Of a stretch of 64,000 nt of DNA, positions 39,135 to 48,356 are shown in pieces. This DNA is from Candidatus Omnitrophota bacterium. Lineage in GTDB: Bacteria; Omnitrophota; Gorgyraeia; JAZDFF01. Numbering within the stretch: position 1 is the first letter of the stretch; every line of letters starts with the position of its first letter. Both the position numbers and the translations under genes were made by a program. The notes under the pieces were generated by a model, which was not told where the DNA came from, made no database searches, and was given only the letters and a program-made list of their open reading frames with translations. Location: NCBI GenBank assembly GCA_043808095.1, contig JAZDFF010000042.1, positions 38,667 to 102,666 of the forward strand. The letters run 5' to 3'.

Positions 39135-40313
39135 TCACCTTTTCCTGCTTTCTTTGATTAATCGCAAGGCAATGATGTTACGCTGAATCTGGTTTGTGCC
39201 TTCGTAAATCTGGGTAATCTTGGCATCGCGCATAAACTTCTCTATCGGATAGTCGCGCATATAGCCGTATCCGCCAAAGATCTGCACGGCATCAGTGGAG
39301 ACCTTCATGGCTACATCCGAGGCAAATAGTTTAGCCATTGCAGATTCCTTAGAGACATCAGTCTTTCCGCTGTCAACCATACGGGCAACAGAATAGACCA
39401 AGGCCCGGGCCGCCTCAACCTCTGTCGCCATATCCGCGAGCATAAATTGAATCCCCTGGAAGCTGGAAATAGATTTTCCGAACTGCACCCTCTCTCTGCT
39501 ATATTCAACGGCTAAGTCCAAAGCCCCCTGGGCAATGCCCACTGCCTGGGCTGCAACTCCGGGCCGGGACATGTCAAAGGTCTTCATGGTAACAATAAAA
39601 CCCATGCCCTCTTTAGACAGGAGATTTTCTTTAGGGACTTTACAGTCATTAAAAATTAATTCCCGGGTAGATGAGGCCCGAATTCCCATCTTCTCTTCCT
39701 TTTTGCCGAAGGTAAATCCTGGCGTATCTTTCTCAACGATGAATGCCGAAGCGCCTCGCGCGCCTTTTGTCTTATCGGTCATGGCAATAATCGTGTAAGT
39801 CTCGGCGTCACCGCCATTCGTAATAAAATGTTTCGTGCCGTTTAGGATATAATAGTCTCCGCTTTTTTTGGCAGTAGTCGCAACCGCCGATGCATCTGAA
39901 CCAGCTGCAGGTTCGGTCAGGCCAAAGGCAGCCAATTTTTCACCGCGGGCTAAAGCCAGCAGGTATTTTTTCTTTTGCTCGTCATTACCGAAAAGTATAA
40001 TCGGAAATGTCCCTAAGGCACTGGCTGCATAACTTACCGCCACCCCGCCGCAGGCGCGCGATAACTCCTCGGTAACCAGGCAAAGATTCAATACCCCGCC
40101 ACCGGCATGACCCGGAGGATTAACCAAGGTGCCGCCGTAGGCCTCAGGCACAAAAATAGTAAATAAATCTGACTGGGCTAAAATCTTGATGATCTCCCAG
40201 GGAAACTTCTCTGTCTTATCGAGTTCAGCTGCCGCAGGCTTAATTTTCTCCTGGGCGATCTTTCTTGCCAGGTCCCTAATCATCAGTTGCTCTTCGTTCA
40301 AAAGGTAATCCAT
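39135..40313 (-). CDS. acyl-CoA dehydrogenase (short-chain / butyryl-CoA dehydrogenase-like)
   Basis: ACAD N, middle and C domains; the catalytic-base region YEGTNQIQR lies near the C-terminus. Confidence 0.85.
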   Translation of the reverse strand: MDYLLNEEQLMIRDLARKIAQEKIKPAAAELDKTEKFPWEIIKILAQSDLFTIFVPEAYGGTLVNPPGHAGGGVLNLCLVTEELSRACGGVAVSYAASALGTFPIILFGNDEQKKKYLLALARGEKLAAFGLTEPAAGSDASAVATTAKKSGDYYILNGTKHFITNGGDAETYTIIAMTDKTKGARGASAFIVEKDTPGFTFGKKEEKMGIRASSTRELIFNDCKVPKENLLSKEGMGFIVTMKTFDMSRPGVAAQAVGIAQGALDLAVEYSRERVQFGKSISSFQGIQFMLADMATEVEAARALVYSVARMVDSGKTDVSKESAMAKLFASDVAMKVSTDAVQIFGGYGYMRDYPIEKFMRDAKITQIYEGTNQIQRNIIALRLIKESRKR

Positions 40314-40355
40314 CTTTCCTCCTCATTCACTTCGCTCATTCGTCGGTATTACTAG

Positions 40356-40382
40356 TTACAAGTTATAGGTTATAAGTTACAA
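40356..40382. repeat. left inverted repeat flanking the four-helix-bundle (IVS-protein) gene
   Basis: TTACAAGTTATAGGTTATAAGTTACAA. Its reverse complement, TTGTAACTTATAA / ATAACTTGTAA, is found at 40756..40774. Confidence 0.7.
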
Positions 40383-40391
40383 ATTAAAAAA

Positions 40392-40751
40392 TTATAGGTT
40401 ACTTTCAGAAGTTTTAACAATAGAAGTTAGTATCTTTATGATAATTTCAATTTCATCTAATAAAGACTTAATTTTGGAGTTACTAATCAATTCCGAGAAC
40501 AAAACTAATCTTAACCAATATCTTGTTTCTCTGGCCTCTTTCTTTGCTATATTCATACAATTTGTAAATTCTTTCTTTGTTCTTGCTCCCGTAGCTTCTT
40601 CTACATTCGCACCAATAGAAGTACCGGCTTTTAAAAGTTGCCTTCCTAATTCGAAACCAGCCGTATTTTCTGGTAAAAGTTTGACTAATTTGACGACTTC
40701 TATAGTAAAGTCAAATGTTCTTTCTTTAATTTTTTTCTCTTTTTCACTCAT
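40392..40751 (-). CDS. four-helix-bundle protein (TIGR02436; '23S rRNA intervening-sequence protein'-like)
   Basis: ERTFDFTIEVVKLVKLLP...GRQLLKAGTSIGANVEEA...ARETRYWLRL matches the IVS-protein family consensus. Flanked by short inverted repeats. Confidence 0.75.
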   Translation of the reverse strand: MSEKEKKIKERTFDFTIEVVKLVKLLPENTAGFELGRQLLKAGTSIGANVEEATGARTKKEFTNCMNIAKKEARETRYWLRLVLFSELISNSKIKSLLDEIEIIIKILTSIVKTSESNL

Positions 40752-40755
40752 AACT

Positions 40756-40774
40756 AATAACTTGTAACTTATAA
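40756..40774. repeat. right inverted repeat flanking the four-helix-bundle gene
   Basis: AATAACTTGTAACTTATAA. Confidence 0.7.
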
Positions 40775-41218
40775 TTTTTTTAGTAAAGCCACTTCTTTAC
40801 AATCCGGGAATTTAGGGCATCTGATACAGTCAACCCAGATCTTATGGGGGAGCTGATTGTGACTTATTTTCTTGAACTTAAAATTCTTGAAAAAATCAGG
40901 CCGGTAAGTCAGGACAAAAAGCCTTTTTGTACCTAATTGCTTGACCTCAGCAATTGCTGCCAAGACTAATTGAGTCCCTATGCCTTTGTTCTGGAATCTT
41001 CCTTCAACCGCTAGACTCTTAATCTCGGCCAAATCATCCCAGGCCACATGCAGGGCACAGCAGCCGATTACCTTATTATTCTCTTCGCACACCCAAAAAT
41101 CGCGGATATTTTCATAAAGCTCATTTAAAGAGCGACCCAACATCAGGTCTCTTGCGGCAAATCTGTTGATGAGCTTGTGGATCTGTTTTATATCTTTGAT
41201 TTGGGCTTTTCTGATCAT
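40769..41218 (-). CDS. GNAT amino-acid N-acetyltransferase (ArgA C-terminal-domain-like, stand-alone)
   Basis: IRKAQIKDIKQIHKLI...IGCCALHVAWDDLAEIKSLAV...NKGIGTQLV...KRLFVLTYRPDFF... closely parallels the GNAT domain of N-acetylglutamate synthase. Confidence 0.6.
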   Translation of the reverse strand: MIRKAQIKDIKQIHKLINRFAARDLMLGRSLNELYENIRDFWVCEENNKVIGCCALHVAWDDLAEIKSLAVEGRFQNKGIGTQLVLAAIAEVKQLGTKRLFVLTYRPDFFKNFKFKKISHNQLPHKIWVDCIRCPKFPDCKEVALLKKL

Positions 41219-41227
41219 TTTAAATGA

Positions 41228-41277
41228 GCCCCTGCTGATTCGCTTTGATGAGCAAAGCGAATCAAAGCGGCAGGGGC
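41228..41277. repeat. family H 50-nt nested perfect hairpin
   Basis: GCCCCTGC-TGATTCGCTTTG-ATGAGC-AAAGCGAATCA-AAGCG-GCAGGGGC. Outer 8-bp stem around an inner 11-bp stem. Copy 2 at 60064..60110 is inverted. Confidence 0.9.
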
Positions 41278-41447
41278 GAATTTAACCCCCACTGTTTCGT
41301 TTTGGTTCGTTTTGTACCTAGAAATCGCTTTGCGATTTCAGGGATTAAATCCCGGAAATGCTTCGTATTTCACGGGACTTCACCAAAAGCGAAACAAAAC
41401 GGTGGGGGTAAGTTCGGACTGATCCCGACGGTACCGTCGGGATGTCC

Positions 41448-42680
41448 TCACTTTATCTTTGTCCCTTTAGCCACTACTACAATTCCGGAATCAGTGATAA
41501 AAAATCGTTTTTTATCCTCATCCTTATCAAAACCAATTACCATCTTATCCGGGATGACCACGTCCTTGTCGATAATCGCATTCTTTATCCTGGAGGACTC
41601 TCCGACCCGTACGCCCTCCATAAGGATAGAGTCATAAACCTCGCTGCCGCAACCTAAGGCCACATTATAAGACAGGATGGAACGCTCAAGCACCTTGCCG
41701 CTGAATATACTGCCTCCGGCAATCAGGGAATCTAAAATCAAGCCAACATTATTCACATTATCTTTCGGGTAGAATAGGGCTTGGGCCGGAGGAAACTGTT
41801 CCTGATAAGTCCTTATCGGCCATTCCGGGTCATGGAGATTAAATATAGGATCAGGCTTGATTAAATCCATATTTGCCTCGTAATAGGCATCAATAGTCCC
41901 GATATCGCGCCAGTATACGCCTGAGCCGGCCTTGGGGCTTACAAAATTATAAGCCAGGAGCCTGCGTTTATTCTTAATCATCTGAGGTATTACATCCCTG
42001 CCAAAGTCATGGCTGCTGCCTGATTTTTTTACGTCCTCATTCAGCTCTTCTTCCAAGACCTTTCGATTAAAAACATATATCCCCATAGAGGCATAGATAT
42101 TTTTCGGATCTTGGGGTATAGTATGGGGATGAACGGGCTTTTCTTTAAAACCAAGTACGCGACTTTCCTTGTCTACCTGCACCACGCCCAGAAATCCTGC
42201 TTTATCCTTAGGCATGGTAACTACGCCGATGGTCACATCCGCTCCTGATTCCTGATGGAAGTTCACCATCCGAAGGTAATCCATCTTATAGATGTGGTCT
42301 CCGGCTAAAATCAAAATGATATCGGGATTCTCCTGTTCGATGGTATAAAAATTTTGATATATGGCATCTGCTGTGCCCCTATACCAATCGCCTCCTACTC
42401 TCTGCTGGGCAGGTATGACATCGATATATTCGCCCAATTGGGCGTCAAAGATATTCCAGCCAAGTCTTAGGTGTCTAATAAGTGAGATAGATTTATATTG
42501 GATAAGGATATGCGTACGCCTGATCCCCGAATTAATACAGTTAGAAAGGGTAAAGTCAATGATGCGGTATATCCCGCCAAAAGGCACTGCCGGCTTGGCC
42601 CGGTCCTTAGTCAGGGGCATAAGCCTCTCCCCTTTCCCGCCGGCCATAATAAAGGTTATGAGTCTGCGCATCGTCCTCAT
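41448..42680 (-). CDS. glgC: glucose-1-phosphate adenylyltransferase
   Basis: IMAGGKGERLMPLTKDRAKPAVPFGG nucleotidyltransferase motif and the C-terminal left-handed beta-helix region. Confidence 0.9.
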   Translation of the reverse strand: MRTMRRLITFIMAGGKGERLMPLTKDRAKPAVPFGGIYRIIDFTLSNCINSGIRRTHILIQYKSISLIRHLRLGWNIFDAQLGEYIDVIPAQQRVGGDWYRGTADAIYQNFYTIEQENPDIILILAGDHIYKMDYLRMVNFHQESGADVTIGVVTMPKDKAGFLGVVQVDKESRVLGFKEKPVHPHTIPQDPKNIYASMGIYVFNRKVLEEELNEDVKKSGSSHDFGRDVIPQMIKNKRRLLAYNFVSPKAGSGVYWRDIGTIDAYYEANMDLIKPDPIFNLHDPEWPIRTYQEQFPPAQALFYPKDNVNNVGLILDSLIAGGSIFSGKVLERSILSYNVALGCGSEVYDSILMEGVRVGESSRIKNAIIDKDVVIPDKMVIGFDKDEDKKRFFITDSGIVVVAKGTKIK

Positions 42681-42741
42681 CTTATTTTCTCCACATTTAA
42701 TCTATTATAATAGGCTGTCACGAAAATCGTTCCAGCCTAAT

Positions 42742-42827
42742 GATTCCAGTGATTTTGAATAAGATTCCAGTGATTATCTCAATGACAAGCTGAATCGCTG
42801 TAATCTATTTGCCTAATCACAGTAATC
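42742..42827. repeat. family D REP cluster (two direct plus two inverted units)
   Basis: GATTCCAGTGATT x2, then AATCGCTGTAATC and AATCACAGTAATC. Confidence 0.85.
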
Positions 42828-42891
42828 AAGCGCGGAACTTTTGTGACGCCCTATTTATTATAAATTCAAGTGTTTAATTTTACAAGAAAAA

Positions 42892-45138
42892 TCAACGGGA
42901 AATATTCTGAGTTTCAATCATTTTAATGCTGCCTTTCGCCTCAATGTTATCCGGCTGGAGCCTAAGAACTTCTCTGTATTCTTTTAAAGAGCCGGTATAA
43001 TCGCCATTCTTATACAATATCTCTGCCAGGTCTTTATGGTAAAGCGGGTTTTGCGAAGAAAGGCCAAGCGCCTTCTTTAGATATTTGATGGCATTGGGGT
43101 AATCTTTCGCCTTGGCATAAGCCAGGGCTAACCTATGATAAGCAAGGTGGCTTTCGGGCGCCTTTTTTACTATCTGCCTTAAGATGGATATCGCCTTATC
43201 AAGGCGGCCGAGCTCTGAATAACAAGAGGCCAAATCAATCTCTATGCCTAAATTACTGCGCGATATGATGTGCGCAAGCCTGAGATGTTCAAATGCCTGC
43301 ATAAATTGCCTTTTGCGAAACAGGATATTCCCCATTGCGCTATGATAGACGAAAGACCCTGGGCTAATTTTTCGTATCTCATTTATCTCGGAGACGGTTG
43401 CATCATCTAGCTGCAACATCTCTAAGATGTGAGCGCGCCTTGCATAGGGATACGGATCAACCCTGTTTATGCCGAGCCTTATTAAGTCAATCTTGGACGC
43501 CCTCCAATCCTTGAGATCAAAGGCGAATTTTTCAATTAAGTCCTTATTACCGGCTGAATCCTTCAAAAATATAATAGCACTCTCATCAAAATATACGGTC
43601 TTAAAATCCTTGTCTTTATAGAGAGTCTTAATTAAGTTTACCTCGTCTGAAGGAACGCCGGTTATGAAAAACCCATCGATATGGAATTTCTCAACCAGAT
43701 TCTCAATCGCTTTTTTATCTGCCCGCATGAGGGAGTCGTAATCCTTAAAAAATCTCGGGCCGTAAAGTTCTGTCCTTCCATCGATAAATACCTGCCTCCG
43801 GGGAAAACACCTTCCGATAAGATAAGACCCGGAATTAAAATCGTTAAATAACCGCTTGGGAAGATTATTTCTTAAAACAAAATCCACGGCTTTTTCAGGA
43901 TAGGCCTTTCCGGAAAGACCCCAAAGTTTTCCCTTAATTTCATATTTGTCAAAAAGGAAATAACCGCTACTAAAAACATAAGTTATCGCGGTTTTAGAAA
44001 TCCAGACAATAAATAAAATCTTAAAAGTTATGCTCAATAAATGTTTCAATTTATGGCCCGAGTCTTTTATTTTCACGAAATTTCGCTCGTAAAATATTTC
44101 ATCAATATCATTTAAGTTCTCCATCAAAATAACGCCGGAAAATACAGTAAAAAACATTACATTTCGGGCATACCTAAGCGAAAGAAACAGCAATAAAACC
44201 CAGACGAGCGTATCGAATATCTTTATTCTCCTATAATTGATTAGAATGGTAGCGAGTGTTAAAACGATAAGATAAAAATAGAAAGAAAAATCAAAGTTAT
44301 ATTTATTCTGTAGCACAATCGGAGAGATAAGCTCCACTATGTTTTCAAATGCTTGAGAAGGCCTTGTAATGGAACTAATTATTACCTTAACCGGATAGAA
44401 TAAACCTTGATAGGTATATGGATTGATGAGGCATGCCGATAATAAGACAAAGAATAGTAAGATCAATTTCGAAAAATGCGTTTTAGGATGTATTCTTAAG
44501 GCCGATTTTTTACTTAAAACCGGAATACGGGCCTGGATGAATTCGCTGATTAACAATATTAAAACCAATATTGGCCCCACGATAAAATAACCGTGCATAT
44601 TCACCCAAATTATCTGAATAGGAATTAACCAAAAGACTTTTTTCGTATCAAGAAATTTCTTTAAGATTATCAGGAAAAAGAGGAAAAATAAGACCGAAAA
44701 AACATCTGGCCTTATATTTATCCTGGTCCTGGAGGCAAAAAGGCTAAGCAATAAAGCAGTGATAATGATAATGTGGTTATCCTTTTTTGAGCCAAAGACC
44801 AGCATGACCCAAAAGATGAGGCAGATAAAAAACGACTGGACGAATATTATCCCGGAGGCATCATATTTCTGATAGATAAGATAGGTAATAACCTGAAACA
44901 GCCAGGAATGGTCTATCCATGGCCTTGAACTTAAGGCAAAGGAAAACGGGTCACACCTGGGCACGGCGTGATTTCCTACGATTAACTCTCCCGTTTTAAG
45001 GTGTAACCAGATATCGGGATCGGCTATCTCTGAATTTGTATAAATTACGATGTAGAGAAAAAGCGCAACAATGCATAAAAATCCCAGGAAATGGCTGATA
45101 GGCCCTAGCTTATTTTCTATAATTTTAATAGTGACCAT
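42892..45138 (-). CDS. large polytopic membrane protein with C-terminal TPR repeats (GT-C glycosyltransferase-like architecture, function unassigned)
   Basis: More than 10 predicted TM helices over the N-terminal ~430 aa. C-terminal ~200 aa carry TPR-like repeats (AYHRLALAYAKAKDYPNAIKYLKKAL...). Confidence 0.55.
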   Translation of the reverse strand: MVTIKIIENKLGPISHFLGFLCIVALFLYIVIYTNSEIADPDIWLHLKTGELIVGNHAVPRCDPFSFALSSRPWIDHSWLFQVITYLIYQKYDASGIIFVQSFFICLIFWVMLVFGSKKDNHIIIITALLLSLFASRTRINIRPDVFSVLFFLFFLIILKKFLDTKKVFWLIPIQIIWVNMHGYFIVGPILVLILLISEFIQARIPVLSKKSALRIHPKTHFSKLILLFFVLLSACLINPYTYQGLFYPVKVIISSITRPSQAFENIVELISPIVLQNKYNFDFSFYFYLIVLTLATILINYRRIKIFDTLVWVLLLFLSLRYARNVMFFTVFSGVILMENLNDIDEIFYERNFVKIKDSGHKLKHLLSITFKILFIVWISKTAITYVFSSGYFLFDKYEIKGKLWGLSGKAYPEKAVDFVLRNNLPKRLFNDFNSGSYLIGRCFPRRQVFIDGRTELYGPRFFKDYDSLMRADKKAIENLVEKFHIDGFFITGVPSDEVNLIKTLYKDKDFKTVYFDESAIIFLKDSAGNKDLIEKFAFDLKDWRASKIDLIRLGINRVDPYPYARRAHILEMLQLDDATVSEINEIRKISPGSFVYHSAMGNILFRKRQFMQAFEHLRLAHIISRSNLGIEIDLASCYSELGRLDKAISILRQIVKKAPESHLAYHRLALAYAKAKDYPNAIKYLKKALGLSSQNPLYHKDLAEILYKNGDYTGSLKEYREVLRLQPDNIEAKGSIKMIETQNISR

Positions 45139-45227
45139 CCTTTAATGAGCACTTGATTTAGGAAACCTGTAAAGGCGACATAAATCAATCCTTATTGTAA
45201 TACTGTTTTTTATTTATGCCAATTGGA

Positions 45228-45252
45228 CCCTTGACATCAGAGATGTCAAGGG
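45228..45252. repeat. family J palindrome, copy 2
   Basis: CCCTTGACATCAGAGATGTCAAGGG. Confidence 0.85.
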
Positions 45253-45279
45253 TTAATTCAGCCAGACGACTTAGCTTCA

Positions 45280-46230
45280 CTATCGTTCGCTAAGTCGCGG
45301 CCTCATTAAGAAATTATCCGCAAAATGACAGGCAGAAAAATGACCGGCCTCTTTCTCTTCCAGGGCCGGCTCACTATGTCTACAGATATCCTTGACGTAT
45401 AAACAGCGGCTGTTAAAACGACAGCCCTCCGGAATATTAGTGTTTGAGGCTACCTCCCCTTTTAAGACCACGTTTTTGTCAGCTGCTGCTGAAATCAGGG
45501 CCTGGGTATAGGGATTTAAGGGCACAGAAAACAGCCTTTGAGCCGATGCCAGTTCTAAAATTTTACCTAAATACATCACAGCTATTATATCACTAATTTT
45601 TCTAACTATCCTTAAATTATGTGAAATAAAAAGATAACTAATGCCGAACCTATCTTTTAGGTTGCTAAGCAATTCTATAATCCTGGCCTGTAAAGAGACA
45701 TCCAGGCTAGACACCGCCTCATCAAGGATTAACAATTTTGGCATTACTATTAAGGCGCGCGCCAGATTTATCCTCTGGCATTGGCCGCCGCTAAATTCAA
45801 AGGAGAAGCGCCTGTCGATATCTTTGGCCAGACCCACTGTCAGGAGCTGTCTTTCTATATCCTGGTTGGTCATTTTAGACTTGATTGCCCCTGCTGCTTC
45901 AAGCAAGGTCTTTCTTACCGTAAAACGCGGGTCCAGGCTACTGTAAGGGTCTTGAAAGATAATTTGTATAAGGCGCCGATACGGCCTGAATTGGGCCTGA
46001 GATAATCTGGTTAAATCCAGGCCATTAAAGGTGATTACGCCTTGATCAGGTCTTATTAACTTTAAGACCATCTTAGCCAGGGTGGTCTTTCCGCAGCCGG
46101 ACTCTCCTACGATACCTAAGGTTTGATTTTCTTCAAGAGCCAGGCTTACTCCGTCAACGGCACGAGCCAGACCGCCTTTTTTCGTGGGAAAATATTTCTT
46201 TAGGTTTTTTATTTCTAACAAGGTATTCAT
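45280..46230 (-). CDS. oppF: oligopeptide/dipeptide ABC transporter ATP-binding protein (OppF/DppF-like)
   Basis: Walker A GESGCGKTT, signature LSGGQCQR, and a C-terminal Cys-containing Opp-type extension. Confidence 0.85.
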   Translation of the reverse strand: MNTLLEIKNLKKYFPTKKGGLARAVDGVSLALEENQTLGIVGESGCGKTTLAKMVLKLIRPDQGVITFNGLDLTRLSQAQFRPYRRLIQIIFQDPYSSLDPRFTVRKTLLEAAGAIKSKMTNQDIERQLLTVGLAKDIDRRFSFEFSGGQCQRINLARALIVMPKLLILDEAVSSLDVSLQARIIELLSNLKDRFGISYLFISHNLRIVRKISDIIAVMYLGKILELASAQRLFSVPLNPYTQALISAAADKNVVLKGEVASNTNIPEGCRFNSRCLYVKDICRHSEPALEEKEAGHFSACHFADNFLMRPRLSER

Positions 46231-47012
46231 CAGATAAGTGACGCCTCAATGAGGTTTTTAGTATAGGGATCTTGGGGGTTATTAAAGATATCGTCTCGTG
46301 GTCCTGTTTCAATGATCCTGCCATCTTTAATAATGGCAATCCTGTCGGCGATAAAACTCACTATGCTTAAATCATGGGTGACTAATAAAATAGAAATGCC
46401 TAATTCTTGTCGTAGTTTCTTAAAAAGATTCAGGATCTGGACCTGGATAGTGACATCCAGGCTGCTTGTGGGCTCATCTGCAAGAAGTATTTTAGGACGG
46501 CAGGCCAGCGCCTGGGCAATCATTGCCCTTTGCCTCATCCCGCCGCTTAACTGATGAGGATAGCGAAAGATGACTTCAGCCGGCTGAGGCAGTCCAGTTT
46601 TAAAAAACAGCTCTAAGGTCATATTTCTGGCTTCCTTTTTGGAAATCCTTAAATGAAAGATAAGTGTCTCCATAATTTGATTTCCGATATTAAATACCGG
46701 ATTTAAGGCCAATAATGGCTCTTGAAAGACCATGCCGATTTCTCTGCCTCTAACATTGAGCAATTCTTTTTCTGACAATTTTAAGAGGTCTTTTCCTGCA
46801 AAATATATACTGCCTCCTGAAATCTCACCGCCTTCTGGTAAAAGTCCTAAGATAGACATACAGGTAACGGTCTTGCCGCTGCCGGATTCACCAACCAGGG
46901 CAAAAATTTCAGATTTATTTATGCAAAGACTAAGGCCGCGAAGGGCCGCAACATATCCTTCTTCAGTGCTAAAGCCGGCTTTGAGGTTTTCTATTCTTAA
47001 TAGTTCTTCCAT
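46230..47012 (-). CDS. oppD: oligopeptide/dipeptide ABC transporter ATP-binding protein (OppD/DppD-like, short form)
   Basis: Walker A GESGSGKTV and signature LSGGMRQR. It lacks the usual C-terminal extension. Confidence 0.85.
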   Translation of the reverse strand: MEELLRIENLKAGFSTEEGYVAALRGLSLCINKSEIFALVGESGSGKTVTCMSILGLLPEGGEISGGSIYFAGKDLLKLSEKELLNVRGREIGMVFQEPLLALNPVFNIGNQIMETLIFHLRISKKEARNMTLELFFKTGLPQPAEVIFRYPHQLSGGMRQRAMIAQALACRPKILLADEPTSSLDVTIQVQILNLFKKLRQELGISILLVTHDLSIVSFIADRIAIIKDGRIIETGPRDDIFNNPQDPYTKNLIEASLI

Positions 47013-47029
47013 CTATCTAGCATAGAAAT

Positions 47030-47150
47030 AAAATTGGTACACAGATGGGCACAGATTGATAGTCTAAATCATCCTGTTTTTCACAGATTAGAACAGATTA
47101 TCTGTGCTAATCTGTTCTTTCCATCTGTGATAATCTGTGCATTTTTTTAC
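47030..47150. repeat. family F repeats in the oppC-oppD gap
   Basis: ACAGATGGGCACAGAT at 47030..47045, then CACAGATTAGAACAGATTATCTGTGCTAATCTG...CATCTGTGATAATCTGTG. Confidence 0.85.
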
Positions 47151-48232
47151 GATGATTTAAAGACCATCTTCATACGCGGGTCAAACGCATCGCGCAGTCC
47201 CTCGCCTAAAAGATTAAAGGCCATCACTGTAATAAAGATAAAAACTCCCGGCAATAATATCCACGGATAGAATTTAATTGCCGAGATATTCATGGCATCG
47301 CTCAATAAATTTCCCCAACTAGCCTGGGGGTCCTGAATTCCCAGGCCGATAAAACTTAGGCCGGATTCACCCAATATATAACCTGGTATGGACAAGGTTA
47401 AGGCAACAATGGCATAAGACAGTGTATGCGGCAATATGTGCCTTAAGATTATCTTCAGGTCACTTATACCCAGGACCCGGGCCGCCAAGACAAACTCCCT
47501 CTCTTTAAGCGACAGGCTTATCCCTCTTATGACCCGCGCCATACCCGCCCAGCCAATAAAGGAAAGAATAAAGATTAAAAGTAAAAATACCTGTGTTGAG
47601 CTTAAATTTGTCGGGAATGCCGCTCTTAATGCCAGCATAAGATAAAAACCCGGTATCATCATCACCATCTCACAGAGTCTCATAATAAGGTTATCGATTC
47701 TACCGCCGTAATATCCGGAAATTCCTCCTATTAATAAACCGATTAAAAATGAAACGCTTACCCCGATTATGCCGATAGACAAAGAAACCCTGGCTCCATA
47801 AAGGATACGGCTATACAAATCCCGGCCGCGGCTGTCTGCTCCGAATAAATAAAGCCTACCTGCCGAATCTAGCCCCAAAAGATGCAAGTCAGTCTTAAAA
47901 AGCCCTAAGAATTTATAACCGTCGCCTCTAGCCAAAAGGTTTAAATGAAAAACCTGGGATTTATCTTCTTTATAGACCCTCTGGTAATACTGGTTAAAAG
48001 AAAACGAATACCCGTACACGAACGGCACCAGATGAAATTTACCCTGGCCATCTACAAAATTTATTCTTGTAGGCGGGCAGAAAGAGAAGTTGCGTTCTTC
48101 GTTATCATAATTATAGACTGATAAAAAATCCGCGAATATTGCCACCAGATACAAGGATACAACTACCCATAGGCATAATAGGGCAATCTTATTCTGTTTA
48201 AACTTATCCCATAAAAAATTAGGCCTATTCAT
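47147..48232 (-). CDS. oppC: peptide ABC transporter permease (OppC/DppC-like)
   Basis: Six-TM permease with EAA-like loop, plus the N-terminal extension typical of OppC. Confidence 0.85.
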   Translation of the reverse strand: MNRPNFLWDKFKQNKIALLCLWVVVSLYLVAIFADFLSVYNYDNEERNFSFCPPTRINFVDGQGKFHLVPFVYGYSFSFNQYYQRVYKEDKSQVFHLNLLARGDGYKFLGLFKTDLHLLGLDSAGRLYLFGADSRGRDLYSRILYGARVSLSIGIIGVSVSFLIGLLIGGISGYYGGRIDNLIMRLCEMVMMIPGFYLMLALRAAFPTNLSSTQVFLLLIFILSFIGWAGMARVIRGISLSLKEREFVLAARVLGISDLKIILRHILPHTLSYAIVALTLSIPGYILGESGLSFIGLGIQDPQASWGNLLSDAMNISAIKFYPWILLPGVFIFITVMAFNLLGEGLRDAFDPRMKMVFKSS

Positions 48233-48255
48233 ATGCTCTATAAATAATTAAGTAT

Positions 48256-48339
48256 GATTACAGAGATTATTAAATAGATTCCAGTGATTATTTTATAAAA
48301 GTTAATCACTGTAATCTTTATTTGAAATCACCGTAATCA
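48256..48339. repeat. family D REP cluster (two direct plus two inverted units) in the oppB-oppC gap
   Basis: GATTACAGAGATT, GATTCCAGTGATT, AATCACTGTAATC, AATCACCGTAATC. Confidence 0.85.
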
Positions 48340-48356
48340 ATACATTTAATTCATAA

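Noticed and set aside
46154-46339. 61-aa ORF overlapping the oppD/oppF junction.
   Set aside because: An alternative frame inside two well-supported ABC ATPase genes.
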